Shown here in pieces: positions 26,301 through 40,621 of a stretch of DNA of 64,000 bases. The stretch is from Lingula anatina (taxonomy: Eukaryota; Animalia; Brachiopoda): contig CM120641.1 in the NCBI GenBank assembly GCA_051362555.1, forward strand, positions 41,050,401-41,114,400, written 5' to 3'. The number at the start of each line of letters is the position of its first letter. Position 1 is the stretch's first letter. Below the pieces are notes generated by a model that was not told the origin of the DNA, searched no databases, and saw only the letters and a list, made by a program, of their open reading frames with translations. The translations under genes were made by a program, and so were the position numbers.

Positions 26301-29300
26301 TCAACTTTGGCCTATGGTTTGGTCTGAAATTTTATAATCCAAAGTTGAAGTGATTTTTTTCCCTGACAATGACTACATTTATGCCATATTAAGTTTGTTA
26401 TATTGTTTTTTTAATGCAACATTTGTGTTTTGGGATACATTTTAAGTATGTACAAGTTTTGACCATTTTTTTTTATCCTGTTTCAGATGTGCCAGTGTGG
26501 TTGAAGACTCTACGTCTGCATAAGTATGCCTACCTGTTTCAGAATATGACGTATGAAGAAATGTTGGGCCTTACAGAACAGTGGCTTGAAGCTAATGTAA
26601 GTCTGTCACTCCTGTTGTGATTTATAAGTGACAAACTGAAGCACCAAAAGAAGAAGAAGTTTTTACAGCACTCTTTATGTCAACAGTTAGCACACACACC
26701 CCTTCCTAAAAAAATGATAAAAAGAAACAAGGGTTTTAAAAAATCTCCCTTACATCTTGATTGTCCTTGGAAATGACATACAGAAAATTTATGTTAAAGC
26801 ACATACTGTTTTCTCTTTATTTCAACTTTCCTTTTTGTGGTTGGAACTATGGGATTTGTTATATTTTTTAGCCACTCTTAGAATTTTAACCTCAAAATAC
26901 AATGTTGATTGTATAATCCTATTCAATTTTTCTTGCAGAATGTTACTAAAGGTGCTAGACATAAGATTGTCATCAGTGTCAACAAACTGAAAGATCGCCA
27001 GAACCAGCTGAGACAGATGGAAAAGGTAAGACATTCTAGAAGATAAAAAATTAAATTAGGCAATTATTGTTACTTTGAATTCCATATAATATAGGGCTAA
27101 TTTTTAGTCTTCAGGTAACTTAAAGATTAATGTCGCAGCTGTTGAGTACAAGGAAATGCCAGACTAAGTCCTCTTCTCACTCCCCCTCATGCCAGGCTAT
27201 TTTTAACATTTGACTTTAATGTACATAATTTGTTGCACAGCAATGAATATTTAAGTAGGACCCAACCACAAATGAAGCTAGTTTGTGGGGGGAAAATCTG
27301 CAGTAAGAATAAAATATGGATTTGGGCTGCTTGCATAGCTATCGTTGTAGGTGTTATCTAGGAAGGTTATGTGAAGAAGTTTTCCATCAAACAATAAGTG
27401 ACTTTTTTTACATATTTTAGGACATGTTTGTGAACACCACATATTTATAGGAGATATCAATATATATATTTGTTGGTTTTATGTGTGTGCACAATATTTG
27501 TAGAATACATCTCTATACCTATGGTGTATAAGTGTACATTGCATACTTGTAGTGTTATGACTATGTGCACTGTGTATTTGTAGGATATGTGGTATATTAC
27601 TGTACACTGCATATTTGCAGGATTGTAAATGTGTGCATCGTTTATTTTCAGGATATAATGGAGGGTGGCAATGTAAAGCAACCTCTCCAGGAAATGCGTG
27701 CCATGTTGAATACTCCACTGAAGGCTTACACCCCCAGCACACCTGACCAAGAGAAAACCGAGCCCCCGCCCTCTCCCACGGGAACCGAGGGGGAGTCCTC
27801 ATCCATACCAGAGGGGGATGTGCCCAGACAGTTTACCAGAGTCATGGGCAAAGGTAAATATAGTGTGGTCTCCACCAATACGTGTGCTGTTTATATTGGT
27901 TTAGAAGCTGGTTCAACCCTAGATGTGATGGAAATTTGACTATATCAGAGGAAGGGAAACCTGATTCTTTCTTTTGCTGCGTAGAAAAAAAAACTGCCGA
28001 TAGCTCTTACCATTATAACATGCAGGAAAAATAATAAATACGTCATACAGTGGGTTCAGTTAACCTTTTTGCAAAGCACTTTGAAAGACAGACAATTGAT
28101 CTACCTAAACTGATACTATAAACTCAAGTAAGCTTACAGCATGAGGTAACAGTTGGCATGGACATAATTTCCCAGTCCAGCTGTTTTGGCTGGAGATGTT
28201 GTGGTTCACAAGGGAGGGATTGATCCAGGAACAGGTGATGGTGGGCTGCACTAACACAGATGGTAGACAGGGGAAACCAGCCATTTCCTTTGAAATGTAT
28301 AAATATTACTGCTTATTTGTGACCATTAATATATGCTCTATATTGATATTTAATTATGATAATGTGTATTGCTTGGGGATATGGATTTTTTTTTTAAAAT
28401 ATCCCTTTTGCTATTTGCAGAAATGTAGATCTTTTTATATAAATAGTCAACGGAAACATATGAAATCATATATAATTAAGATGGTATATAACCTCAGAGA
28501 AGTACATAAGTATCTCTATGTGTGTCGATATCATTTTTGCTAGTTATCAATGACAACAGATATAACTGCAGCATTACAGATAGAATTGATTGCCCATTAT
28601 GCTAGAGTCCACACAAAACACCTTTATTCTGTACTAATTAACTCCTTAATTATCTTGTTAATAATATATAATTCTTCGATTGATGTAGTAATCTCTCCAA
28701 GTCCAAATGTGTCTATTTAAAATAGGAGCATGCTAAATGTGATGATAGTGGTCCCTTAAATAATCCCTATTTATGTTTGTTACAGTGTGCACTCAGCTGT
28801 TGACGTCCAGTCAGGTGGAGGATGAAAGTTTTAACATCTACCTGCAACTCATTGACAAGGCTGTACATCATGAGGTAGCTATGTTTTTCTTGTAATTGTA
28901 TCCAGCCCTCCCCACCAAACTTCCTTCTTAGGATATTTTATCTGATGTGTAGAAACAACAAGATGTTTTCATTGCACAGCTACTTTGATACTGATTTGAT
29001 AATTTGAATATGTTTTACAGCTAGAAATTTTTGTACCTCTATCTGAAGCTAAAATTATATAAAATGTCCATATTTATATGAAATTGAATTTTATATTTAG
29101 GCATTTACTCAAAGACAGAAGAACCTTTTGCTGACATGGAAGCAACAGATACAAAAGGTTTGGAGACATATACCCCAGAAATTCACAAACATCGACAACA
29201 AGCAACGGAAAGGGTAAGAATTTCATATATGTGTTAAGGAAGTCTTCCATTTATCTCAGTCATCTTTTAAGAAACATACTTTGACATTTTCTGTATGTTT

Positions 29301-30615
29301 GTGATAACCTGTCCTGGCTGTAGAAATATAAATGTGATATTTGATACATAATTTTCGGATTTTTCCCCTTAGGTCCTGGAGTGGAACTACTTTTCCAGTT
29401 GGTGCTAACATGACAAATGTGGGACGAGGGCAGCGCCCGGTGCGCACCCCTCTCACTCCCGCCAATGCCAAACTAATCCAGCAGCAGTGGGCGTTTAACA
29501 ACAAACGCACAACGCTGTTTCCCGTGGCCCCAGGGGGACAGCTACCACTGCAGCGCAACAACTCCCTCAATGCAGCTTTGCTCAAACCAGGATTCTCTGA
29601 TGTGAGTGGGAGAGTCATTTACTATTGAAAAAATTCCTGTCACATTGAATGGTTTAATTCAAATTAGAAAGGAATATATCTTGTGTCATCATCTTGTTAA
29701 AAAATTGGAAAATACCATATCTTAATTTCATTAAGAAATTTAGATATTTCACAATGAACGAGCTGTTGCCTGTAATCAGTAAGTATGCAAATAAATTATA
29801 TTTTTAAGTGTGCATTAATGATTTGTTTGTATACCAGCAACAGTGAGCTGCTGTTTAATTATTTTTAATGAAAGACCGTGTTGCCTGTGATCTACAAGTG
29901 GCAAATATGTTTTATTTATAAGAGGGTAATTGTATTTTGCTGATATTCCAGGCCAAACAGCAAGTCCAGCGGACCTACTCAGCACCTATCCGCCCAAGTG
30001 GTGTGCCTTTTGGTCTCCCACGTAGACCAGGTAAGACCCCTTGGTGACCAGTACATTCAGCCATGTTGGTTTGGAAAGCAGTTTCATAAAATCAAATTCT
30101 ATAAATGATATTGTATCAAAAGTGAAAAATGCAGACATTTTTTTTTCTTATCTTACCATTACCTGATGCATGTTTTGTAAGTCACAGATATTCAAAGTCT
30201 ATATTGTGGATGATCCAGTTTCAGATATGAGTGTGTCAGAGAATGAGATCAATGCAGGCTTGGACTCCTTATGCCTAAGTATGGCAGAACATGCACTAGG
30301 GGGGCTAGGTAAGGGTTTGTTAATAGATATCAAAGTTTTTACCTCGGCAAAGGTTAATCATCTAGTTGCAAGGATTTTTTTTCTCTTTTTTTAATGTTCC
30401 ACTTGAGCCATGGTATTATAAAATGTGCAAATAGTATTCTATAAGATCAAATATTAATATTAATAGTTAATCATTAGTTTTTCATTTATCCTTTTTTCTA
30501 AAAAAAGTTCTGGAGAATTTGAAGTTCCACATCCCAAATATTTGTTCCAGATAATATTGTGTAAACATTCCACTCTTTGTTTTCAGACAGTGGAGACAAG
30601 GGAGGTACTTTTTGA
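17307..30615 (+). CDS. SAMD4: Smaug homolog (SAM-domain RNA-binding translational repressor), about 698 aa
   Basis: Exons 17307-17514, 25024-25629, 25954-26214, 26487-26596, 26939-27025, 27652-27853, 28786-28874, 29101-29213, 29373-29601, 29952-30030, 30225-30308, 30587-30615 sum to 2097 nt. Motifs: [34 protein letters not shown] domain [53 protein letters not shown]. Confidence 0.95.
20299..20340. repeat. (GT)n microsatellite
   Basis: Directly visible GT dinucleotide run. (TAAA/TTTA)n runs also occur at about 57-98, 42876-42932 and 62853-62888. Confidence 0.9.
23951..24180. mobile_element. MITE family A, copy 1 (PIF/Harbinger-like), in the large Smaug intron
   Basis: Degenerate termini ATTCCCA..TGGGAA with GATCGATCTA subterminal palindromes. 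It is the reverse-orientation homolog of 57243-57462 (shared GGGAGTCTCACT, GGCTTAAATGTCTGTC, GCAATTTAGCGTGAA). Confidence 0.8.
24181..24440. mobile_element. Foldback MITE family B, directly abutting MITE A
   Basis: The left end ATTCCCATAGACACCAT is an imperfect inverted repeat of the right end ATGGTGTCCGTTGGAAT. Internal CTGCGGGGATTCT and AGAGTCCCCGCGGAG are also inverted and are shared with 39835-40112. Confidence 0.7.
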
Positions 30616-33600
30616 CAGTTACAGTGTCCGCAGCAACTTGTTACAAGCTCCATGATTGGTTGAATATAAGCAAATAAGAGCTTGTCACTAGACTCTTTTG
30701 TTGAATGGAAGAAAGAGAAGATTTTACAGAATCCAAGTTGTACTCATTTAGAAAATGCTTTTATGAGCGCAATATATAACTGGGGAGATAGGTGTGCATT
30801 TGTTTGTGCTTTGATTCATGATATGCAAGAAAAAAAAACACCTACAGTATTTGTATCTTGCAGTCCAGGTTACATTGTGTACAAAGTATCATTGATATTG
30901 TGGTTTTACATTTTTTGTGAATGTTCAACGTTTTGATTCGAATTGCATTTTTGAGAAAGGTTTTTAACACAAGCAAGATGCTTGCTTTCATTTCAAACAG
31001 TTTTGAATGGATAGAAAAATTAAAACCAAGTGTGCATAGTTGAATATATGGCAGCAATATTATTTAATATTTACATACCTTTGTTTTGTCTGTTAACTGT
31101 ATGGTTAAGATGTGTAAGTTTTATTGTAATAGATATAAACAGTTAACAGCAGTGCTGGTATAACTGACACAGAAAAGGGTACTATGTAGCATTAGCCTAT
31201 TTATTGCAGATATTCCCATTGTGCTGCCATTTCAGTAGTTTCCTAGCATATCAACAGTTTGGGGGTGATAGAAAGAGAAGTAAAAGAGAAGCAAATTAAA
31301 TTCATATCCAATCCCTCTGTAAGTCCCATATGCCAGCTGTTCCGTTGCTTTTGAACGCCGAGTAACTCGTAATTGTGTAGATGATTCTAGTTATCCACAA
31401 CCAAAGTCAATGTAGCTTTAGGAGAAACAGGTGTGCTGTACATTATTATGGTTACAGCATAGTCCAATGGCTGTCATCTCACGGCATTCACTACACATAG
31501 GAGGGAATATTATAGAATGGGGGCAAGCTGCTGAAATATGGGAGGGCACTTTGTTCCCTGCATACTTGGAAGTTTGGTTTCTCTCTGGTAATGCGGGGCA
31601 TGGCCAGGTCAGACATATCATAGTTATGGTTCAGTATGGCATTTTGGAACTTACAGAGGGGTCCTAGTGTGTTTGTTATGTCATTTAAAAACTGAAGCTG
31701 GTTTTCAATACATATACTGTTCAGTTAGTGGTGTATAAATCAGCATTTTTTTTTCTTATATTTGTGTGTGTGTGAGACACACTGCCGGTACAGTGACAAT
31801 TTCCACTTTTTTAAGGAATATGATACTAGCCAGTTTTTACACATTTGGTCAAGTTAACATGATAGTCCAATGTAATGCAGTGCAGAAGACACAGAGATGT
31901 TGCAATAAATTGTAATAATTAATTAATCGGCCAAATTCTGCCCACTCTTCAGGAGCTAGATCTGCTGAGCGAGTGGACCAGAGCTCAAAAGTTTTGTACA
32001 TGTATACTTACGGCAGACCTTGTTTTGGTTCCAGCAACCAGCAAGGTTGCCTTAATGCTGAGCCAAAGTTATTTTTGCATTCGTTCATTATAATCTTAGA
32101 TATCCAAGGCTCTCCATAACCAGAGGTGTGAAAAGGGGAGGTTTTATTAGTGCAGTAACAGTTTGTGTAACTAAAACGTGGCCATAATGCCCACAACAAT
32201 CTTCTGAGAGGATTTGATCAGCTTGATGCAAATTGCCAGGTCTGATGATATTATTCATACTATTATTCCCACACCAAATTTTTTATTATTATAGTTATTA
32301 GTATTATCACTACCACAGACAACCTGCGTTCAGAACCACTGTGACTGAGATGTAGCTGTGTGTGATGTCATTGTGTCTTGTTAGCGAGATTGTGTGGACC
32401 TCAGGGGACATGTGACATTATATGGTGCCTTAAGCCCTGGACTACACACAAAGCACTACTACTACTACTACTTGTTGGAAAAGCTAATAGACTCGCTAAG
32501 TCCTGGATTGAGAGAAATCTCCAGCTTGGTGTTTTCATAAGTTGCCCTTACAGATTCATGCTTTTCTGAAGTGCATGGATCTTAATTTGCATAATCTTAT
32601 TGTGATTTAAAGTCCTTGAACATGCTTTGAAGGTTCTCGTCCGCTAGATGGTGGGGACAAAACACTGAAGCTAAGCTATGCAATATGAAGGTTTTATTTA
32701 ATGTTAAGTAATGTAGTACATCTTGCTCAAATCAGCAGTGGTGTGTTTTCAAGCCACTAGGGGGACGTTGCAAGATGAGCCCTGTTTACACCCAGTTTAC
32801 TGATGTGAACCAGTTGTATAACTGCACACAGCTTAGAATCAATATGAAATCAAACCTTATTTCAGGGCTCTGTAAACAGGAAAATAGGGAGTGTGCCATC
32901 TTGGACCTCTGCATGGAAGTGTTGCCATGGTGATACTTCCACTGGGATACCTCGATAGGTGTCACTACATGAAATGTTGCCAGATAGTTAGGGTCAGTAG
33001 TGCAGTTGTTACAGCAAGTAGCAGTTCTGAGGTGGTGGGAATTTGTTGATTAGTTAGCTGTTGTTCATAGGTCTTAGGATATGCCATTTCTTTTCAAGTT
33101 AAAGTGAATCTCACACATGATTGTCATTTTGATGATGGTGCTTTTGACTCTGCATCCATGGCTCACATTGCAGGCTGTGCCATATGGGTAACAAGGGCAT
33201 TGTTTTTTATTTGTAAATTGTTTCTTCTGCAGACAGGTTCCAATGAAGAAATGAGCTTTGCTTTCAGTATTTAGTTTAAGATTGATATGGTGATTCAGTG
33301 AATTAACGTAAATCAAAAGTTGTGTAGTTTTCAAGTTACTGATACCCAATTAGATACCAATGCACAGGTCGTAGAAAAACAGAAGTCTTGAGAAGCCAAC
33401 AACAAGAAAAATTATCAAAAGTGGGCAATACTCAACTGGTTGAGTTTTTTTAAACAGTACTTCAATTGATTAAAAATTTTATTGAAATTAAAGCCATTAC
33501 AAAGCCAACATGCAATATTTGGAGCAGGTCCAAAACTTCTGTCCAGCTCCCGGCCTAGTGTAGGCCATTAAGACCTAGTGTCCTGGCTGTCATAGAAATA

Positions 33601-34828
33601 TTCCATACAAGGACTAGAGCTAGAAATAGTCACCTTTGTCTGACTTGATGAACAAATAGTATTTTGTGTATGTGTAGATGTTGTAGTTTGTTGAGAACAC
33701 CTGACAACACAGCAGATAGTATGGCCATGTCTGTTGCATACTTTGTATTGATGGGGTATTTGGAAATAAATTTGAAATGAAAATGTTGTTTTGGTCTTGT
33801 TTTTCTGAGGGGGAGGGGTAGAAAATTTGGAAATAATTCATTATCACTTGATGGGTTGCATAATTAGTGACTCCTATTTAAGATGGGACCACGGATCTTC
33901 AGTGGCTGTCCAAAAATTATTTACCAATATTGAAACTAAGACTATCAAAGCTCTTTTCATTTTTCTTTATTATCTTCCCCTTCACCATGTATAAACCAGC
34001 AAATGTCAATTCTGTCCATGAAATCCTGATATATTAAGCTGATAGAGTCGCTGAATACTCCATAACATTGTCTAGCTAAATGGAATATGTTTGCTGGGAC
34101 TTGGCATTATATACACCATTAAAAAAATACTGAATACCTATTCTCTTTCCATTATGGGTTTCAAAAACAAATTGTTAAAATAGCACCATTTCTCAATTTG
34201 CTCAAAATTTTATAAGTGCACATTTAGTGTCTTAGTTTAAGAGGCAATGCTAATCGTTTCACATTCAGCTTAAAGCATTAATCATTTTGGGCTTTAAAAT
34301 AGGGTTTTTTTTTACTATGGTTCACATTAAACACAAACTGAATGTAAACTGAAAATATGGGATGAGGACAGAGAAAAATAATGATGGGAGTAACTCCCTT
34401 ATGGCTTTTCAGTTTTGAACCGTCATTACAAATTTTAGAAGCACTAGGCCCTTCTGTTGAAATGACTGCAGCACATACAATGACATACAGATACTACTTT
34501 TGTAACTACATCTATTACTGCCATTTGTGAAATGCATATAAATACTGATAACATGGCTTGTCGCCTTCTACTTACAACATGCCAAAAACAAATCTGGAGC
34601 CAATTTCCATTAAATCAGTGAAAGATGCAGAAATGCTGTATGCAGTGCCCATAGGAACTTTTTTTTTACCAGAAAGTCAAGGAATGCATTGCCAGCATGC
34701 ATGCAGAGAAAAGAAACTGGCATTAACCAATGCGCTGCACAACTTAACTCCTCGCCATTTAAAATAGCAATTTCCATGAGACTGAAATAGATGGCCATAC
34801 AAGAAGTGCCGAGATGTGCAAAAAAGTT

Positions 34829-37800
34829 TCAATCTAAGTTATCATAGTCATCTATTTTAGTTTTTGATTTGTCTGTGTCCGTTTGTGATGAGAATTTCTG
34901 TAGTCTGCGTCTCCTTATCTCGTGCATCTCGTCACTTTCTTCCTCCAAAGATGGATCTTCCCATTTAGGAATGAGTTCTTCTTTTTTTACTGGACTAAAT
35001 CCAGTAGCACCAAGGGCGCTATCATCTGAAATTATGTGATAAGAATAATAAAATTTGTGTATGAAAATTACACAACCTATATAAGTTGAGGCTAAGAAAA
35101 GATCAGAATGCAACCTATAGCTGAAACACCAGGTGGTGTTTAATTAAAAAAATTAATTCAAACCTTTTTTAGTTTCAGTTAATTTCTTCTTTTTCACACT
35201 GAATACTTAAAAGCCAACAGTGAAAAATTAGGCTGTGCAAATGAAGAACAAACTCTGATCAAAATTCAAGAATTATGTAAAACTAGCATATTTTTCTTAT
35301 CAAACAATACAATGATTGGACAAAAAATATGAACTGATTTTTGATAACTCTGAAAAATAGGACATACCTTCATCCTTACTAGAGTCTTTTTCTTGTATTT
35401 TTGATTGCCTCTCAGAGTCCTTGAGTGGCCTAGGTAAAGAGAAGTCTGTGGATGGTGATGTGGAAGTGACCAGGTTTGATGATGAGGAAACAGATGGACT
35501 TTGTGTTACTGTTGTGAAGGCTGAAGAAGCTGCTGTTGAAGGTGGAGCAGTGGCTCTGCAAATAAAAAAATGTATTATAAATACATAACTTTTTATAAGC
35601 AACCCTTTTTTTTACAAGGATCAAGCCATCTTCCAGTTCCCTGGGATTAAAATTATGATGCCTGGCTTTTTTCATGAAAGTTTCAACAACTGAAGGGAAA
35701 AACGCCAATTGCTATTCCAAACAAAACACTTTCAATATCCTTGGTCAACAATCAAAACTCACCCTAAATTGTTAACCATAGTAGTATATTGCTGAAGCAT
35801 TACAACTGCTGCATCTAGCAGTGTATGGATACTTCTCAAATGCTGTATCCTGGCCTCTAAATGCCGCCTTTCTGTCCCCTCCATTGCTCCAAGTTCTTCT
35901 TCATTTAAACCTGAAAAGTTGGGAGGGGGACTAGGAACTGGCATACCTGAAATAGGCAAGAAAATAGAAAATAGAAAGAAGCCATTATAATATAAATTTT
36001 TCACTGTCTCATAAGATGCAGTGTACATACAATACTTAAAAGATACCAAAATGTAAGCATTGATATTATCTGATTGCATTCTACTGATAATTCTAGCAAC
36101 TGGAGAGGGGGGGGTACCTCATAACCTTTGCTATGAAATGTAGACAACCTACCAAACGGCATCATCCCAGGTACAAACATAGGTGGTGGTGGCATGAATG
36201 GAGGCATAAACCCAGGGAGAGGTGGGGCAGGTGCCCCTGGCTGTAGTGGCACCTGGCCTGCAGGGAACCCAGCTCCCCCCATGTTGGGGGCAGTCGTGCC
36301 TGGAGGTGAGGGTGTCGCTGTGTTTGGTGGAGCTGAACTACTGGGGGCTCCTTAAAGAAAAATGAAGTGGATTAAAACTGGTTATCAGTGTAGTTAAATA
36401 TATATATATATATTTGAAGTTAATTTTTTGTTACAAAAGCTGACCAAATGCCACCATGTAATTTCAAAAAGTATAGAAATACCAAAGGCTGTCATTTCAT
36501 ATTACCTGAAAAATGATATTTGAACAGATATTTTCTTCTTGCTATCTGTGCTGTACATCATCGGGGAAGATAAGTAGGTCAATTTCTGAACAAAAATTTT
36601 AAGAAGGTGGAGTTTTAAGAAGCCATGCTGCTTAACACACAGTATACTTATCTGCTGGAGTAGGCCAAGAGAACGTTGGCAGTTAGGGGCCAGGATGACT
36701 ATAATGCTTGGTATTACCTACCTGCAGGGGGAGGTTGAGGGGGCACCTGTCCTGGAGCTGGATGCCAGGCTGGGAATGCACCAGGAAAAGCTCCACCGAA
36801 CAGGCCAGCCACTGCAATGAAAGAGGGAAAGTTAATATGGTATACATATCAAATTAAAGAGGTAAATTTAGTGAGACTGAAAGAGTAAAGATTTATAAAT
36901 CACTCATTTTCTATAATCCTTATATAAAAATAATTTGAAATAAGGAATCAGTTTTGGCACATGTGTGCATTACTTCTTTCAGCAGTCAGCAAAGAAACTT
37001 TCTTATATTCTTACAGTGAGGCTGCTGCAAGTTGGGTTGCTGCTGTGGTTGCTGAGGCTGCTGTGGAGGGGTGCTTCGTGGTCTTGACGCAGGCAATCGT
37101 AAAACATCCATGCGGCATGTGGGGCACGTCTGCTGGCGCTGAAACCAGGAGCGCAGACAGCTTGTGTGAAATATGTGGTTGCAGGGGAGTTTTTTACAGT
37201 TGACTGCCATTTCTTCTCGGCATATTATACAAACATTATCTCCTGACTGGATGTCTTCTTCTGTAGCATCTGGATACCTATAACAAAACAAATATACATA
37301 TAATAATTCATAGAAAAATTATATTGTCATCTGTTAATCACTTAACAAATTGCAATTAAAATAAAATTAATAATGATTCTTTTAAGTATAACCAAGTACT
37401 TACAAAGTATTCATATTCCTTATGGCTCTTCTGGACATTATAACATCATTCAAAGCTTTCTTGAAGGCTCTGCAAAGAAATCAATGCAGGAAGAAATTCA
37501 GTATCATATATCTTCCACTGTGCTATTTTAAGAGAGTAATGGGGCTGGTTGTCCCAGGTAACAACCACAATAAAGAATTTGACAAGACTATTCTTCAAAC
37601 TAGCAATGATATTCAACAGCTCTTCCTTTCACTCAGTGTCATTTCAAACCACTTAGATTAGAACTTTTGTAATGACATTATAAATTTTTTTTAATTTCGC
37701 ATACTGGATTTGTCTAAACAGATGGACTGTCTAAACTGATGAAAATTAAATGACTCTCATTACACAAGTAGGTCATGTCATTTGTACGTTTACAAGGAAT

Positions 37801-40541
37801 TGGCTTCATTACTGAACTGCATCATTATCTATGTTAAAACCTACAAACACTCACCTAATGGTAAGGTACATTGGTCGGATGGCAAACAATGGGAATGTAT
37901 GAACCTTGATCATTATAATCATGAAAGTGATGTACAATACAACTCTCACAAAACCTGAAAACGTTAAAAAAAACATGTTTAACTCAGGTTATTGAAAGGC
38001 AAATTGGTGTTTCTCGTCTTATTGTCTTTCTTTTGATCATCTTAATTGATATGAATAAGAGCTTTTAACCACCTATTGTGCCCTTGCCCTTAAATAACCA
38101 CACAACGTTTCTTATTACTATAAAAATCTTGAAACCAAACTTACCCATCCCTAGATCTGAGTAAAGAAGATAAACTGCTTTATTTTCCCATGGATTTTCA
38201 CTTTGAACATCTACTGTATGTAAAATATACTTTATGAAGACTGTTAAAACCAAGGTGAACAGGATGGCATACTGCAAATAAAAAGTGAACTGGTTTTAAC
38301 TTCATATGATATGAAGCATTTCAATAGGTTGCAGTAACTAATAAATTAATTAAGCAACTGTCATGCATAAAGCTAATTCACGTTGAAATGACAAATTCTA
38401 TCATGAGAAATTCAGGAAATCTGTCACAGTTTATTAAATCTATTGGAGTTCATACAAACCATATATTTACCTCAAAACCAAAGACAAGCTGCACTGATGC
38501 TCCTTTGATCAAAGTACTGTAGTAGGCATGGTTGACAAAATACAGGTCTATGGAACTCAACACCAACAGCAGAGCTAGAGAAACAGCATTGATGAGTAAA
38601 TAAATTTTAAAATCTTGCAGAATCATCTGTTCTTTAAGAGTTATATAAATATATTAAAATGCATTAAACAGTCCTCTTCAGAATATGTAAGTCTTATAAA
38701 TATGGTTAATCTTTTACAATCATGAAAATGATATTTAAAGCAATCCATCTGAAATATCATTCAGTCATACTTTAAAAAAATGTGAATAAACCAAACAATA
38801 TAGATACCCACATACCTAAGCATCTAATATGAAATAACCAAGATATAATTGGACTTCGTTCCATCTGAAATAGTAGTTGAAATGTAAATGTACATGAATG
38901 AGAGAGAGAGAGAATGAGTGAGTGAGTACAAGATCACTTTTCAAATTAGGTTAATGCCAAGGCAAGACAATTCTTGAGTTTCTAAAAGGGGGTGAATCTT
39001 TCCCTTCTTAGATTCTTCTATTTATCTCCTTAGATTTTTTTCAAAATATTGTACGCCTTCAATTAAAACATCATGGATTTGTTTTCCTAATTACTAGAAA
39101 AACACTTATTTCTACTTACATAATCTACTCTGTCTTCTCCCAGCCAGTGGAAACACTTGAGGAAAAGTAATAGCGTGAACAATGCCACAAACCGTGGACT
39201 GAAATCATCTCTGAATACTGTGAAAGCTAGACATGTCTCTGTCACTGCATACCAGGAGCGCTCAATTAAATGCTGAAATGAGAAGTACAAATATCAATCA
39301 GTGCATTCTATGGCCACTATAAGCACAAATAACAGTTGCAAATTACCAGTATGAAAGAATGCAAACACCCATGCTGACAGTTGATTTGGTTTAAACTAGA
39401 ATTTTACATTTATACAGTCAGATGTGAGCGAAGGTTTAAAAAAAACCTTTGTACAATTATCATGGGACCCAACACCTATTTTATTGCTGATATTGGCGAA
39501 TATCTAGAACCAGCAAAATTTAAATAAATGCGGGATTCCACGTTTCTGCTGAAAAAGTAAAGTATTATATTATAAGTACCATATTATACCATATTATAAG
39601 TTTTGTAGACAGGGGGAAACACCTGGGGGGAATACCTGCATGGACTGGTATATGTTGATCACAAAAAAACTATAACACATACCTCCATTTCTGCTGGCCT
39701 GAGCTGTCCAAAGAAAATCTTCCTCATCAGTTTTCCCATAAGGATGACAAATACAAATGCCTGTATATACAGCACCTGGAAAAGCAAGAGATGATATAAA
39801 TGATAAAATAATGTATGTTAATAATATAACATTTGAAACTATCGTTCTACGTCCATAGATCAGACTCTGCGGGGACTCTTGCTGCATGAAATCCTATGAA
39901 CTCAATGACACACCTACTTGAACAGGTTAAGAGTGATTAACTAATAGTTAGTTATATATAATAAATAAATACATATCATTTTGGGTGCCACTAAATGCAC
40001 ATGAAAGTTAATTACCCTGTACCTGTTCAAGGAGGTTTGTCACTCAGTTTATAGGATTGCATTCAGCAGGAGTCCCTGCAGAGTTGTATCAATCTACATA
40101 GAAAGTAGTTTCATTGAGAAAGGGTCCTTAGAAGGAATAATTTTAATGACATTTTTCGGTATGTATTATTTGTGAATACTTGGCAATGTTAATTTTACTA
40201 CAAACCTATTAAAACTGTGAGACACACTTCAAACATAAATATCATCAGATGACATGATACTTTCTTTTATGTATGAAAGTATTACAGTAAACTATTTAGT
40301 AAGTAAACGTAGCACAAAATGGTTGTAGATGTTGTCAATGTCAGTGTCATTTCAGTTGTATTCGTAATGCACGGCCGGTAGTGCACTGTTTATGTTTAAT
40401 ACTTACCGCCATACTCGGACTAGACTTTGTTATGTACACAACAGAGGGGTAAAACTGTTTCTTCTGTAAATATGCATTTCCAATTACTATTCCTGTGAGC
40501 ATAAAGCTTGCCGCAGTCAGCAAAACAGCCCTCATTTTCAT
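34829..40541 (-). CDS. SYVN1: Synoviolin / HRD1 ERAD RING-H2 E3 ligase
   Basis: Exons 40541-40407, 39775-39683, 39272-39120, 38864-38816, 38574-38471, 38271-38145, 37954-37855, 37469-37404, 37277-37015, then approximately 36811-36722, 36350-36153, 35947-35763, 35556-35369, 35026-34829. Motifs: KKQFYPSVVYITKS, ERSWYAVTETCLAFTVFRDDF, RING CIICREEM..KKLPCNHIFHTSCLRSWFQRQQTCPTCR, HLEARIQHLRSIHTLLDAA, EIRRRRLQKF. Confidence 0.97.
39835..40112. mobile_element. Foldback element with about 92-bp inverted arms in SYVN1 intron 1, related to MITE family B
   Basis: Arm 39835-39927 aligns with the reverse complement of 40021-40112, e.g. ACTCTGCGGGGACTCTTGCTG vs CAGCAGGAGTCCCTGCAGAGT and CTTGAACAGGT vs ACCTGTTCAAG. 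Confidence 0.8.
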
Positions 40542-40621
40542 GACTACTGTGATCTCCCCGTTTGGGAAAATCCAATATGGCAGCCTCTAAGGTCAAGTGC
40601 TCCAAATATGGGAGTCGAGCC

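Noticed and set aside
30613-33460. Selenocysteine recoding of the Smaug TGA
   Set aside because: The stop is at the expected C-terminus of the family and I could not identify a SECIS element.
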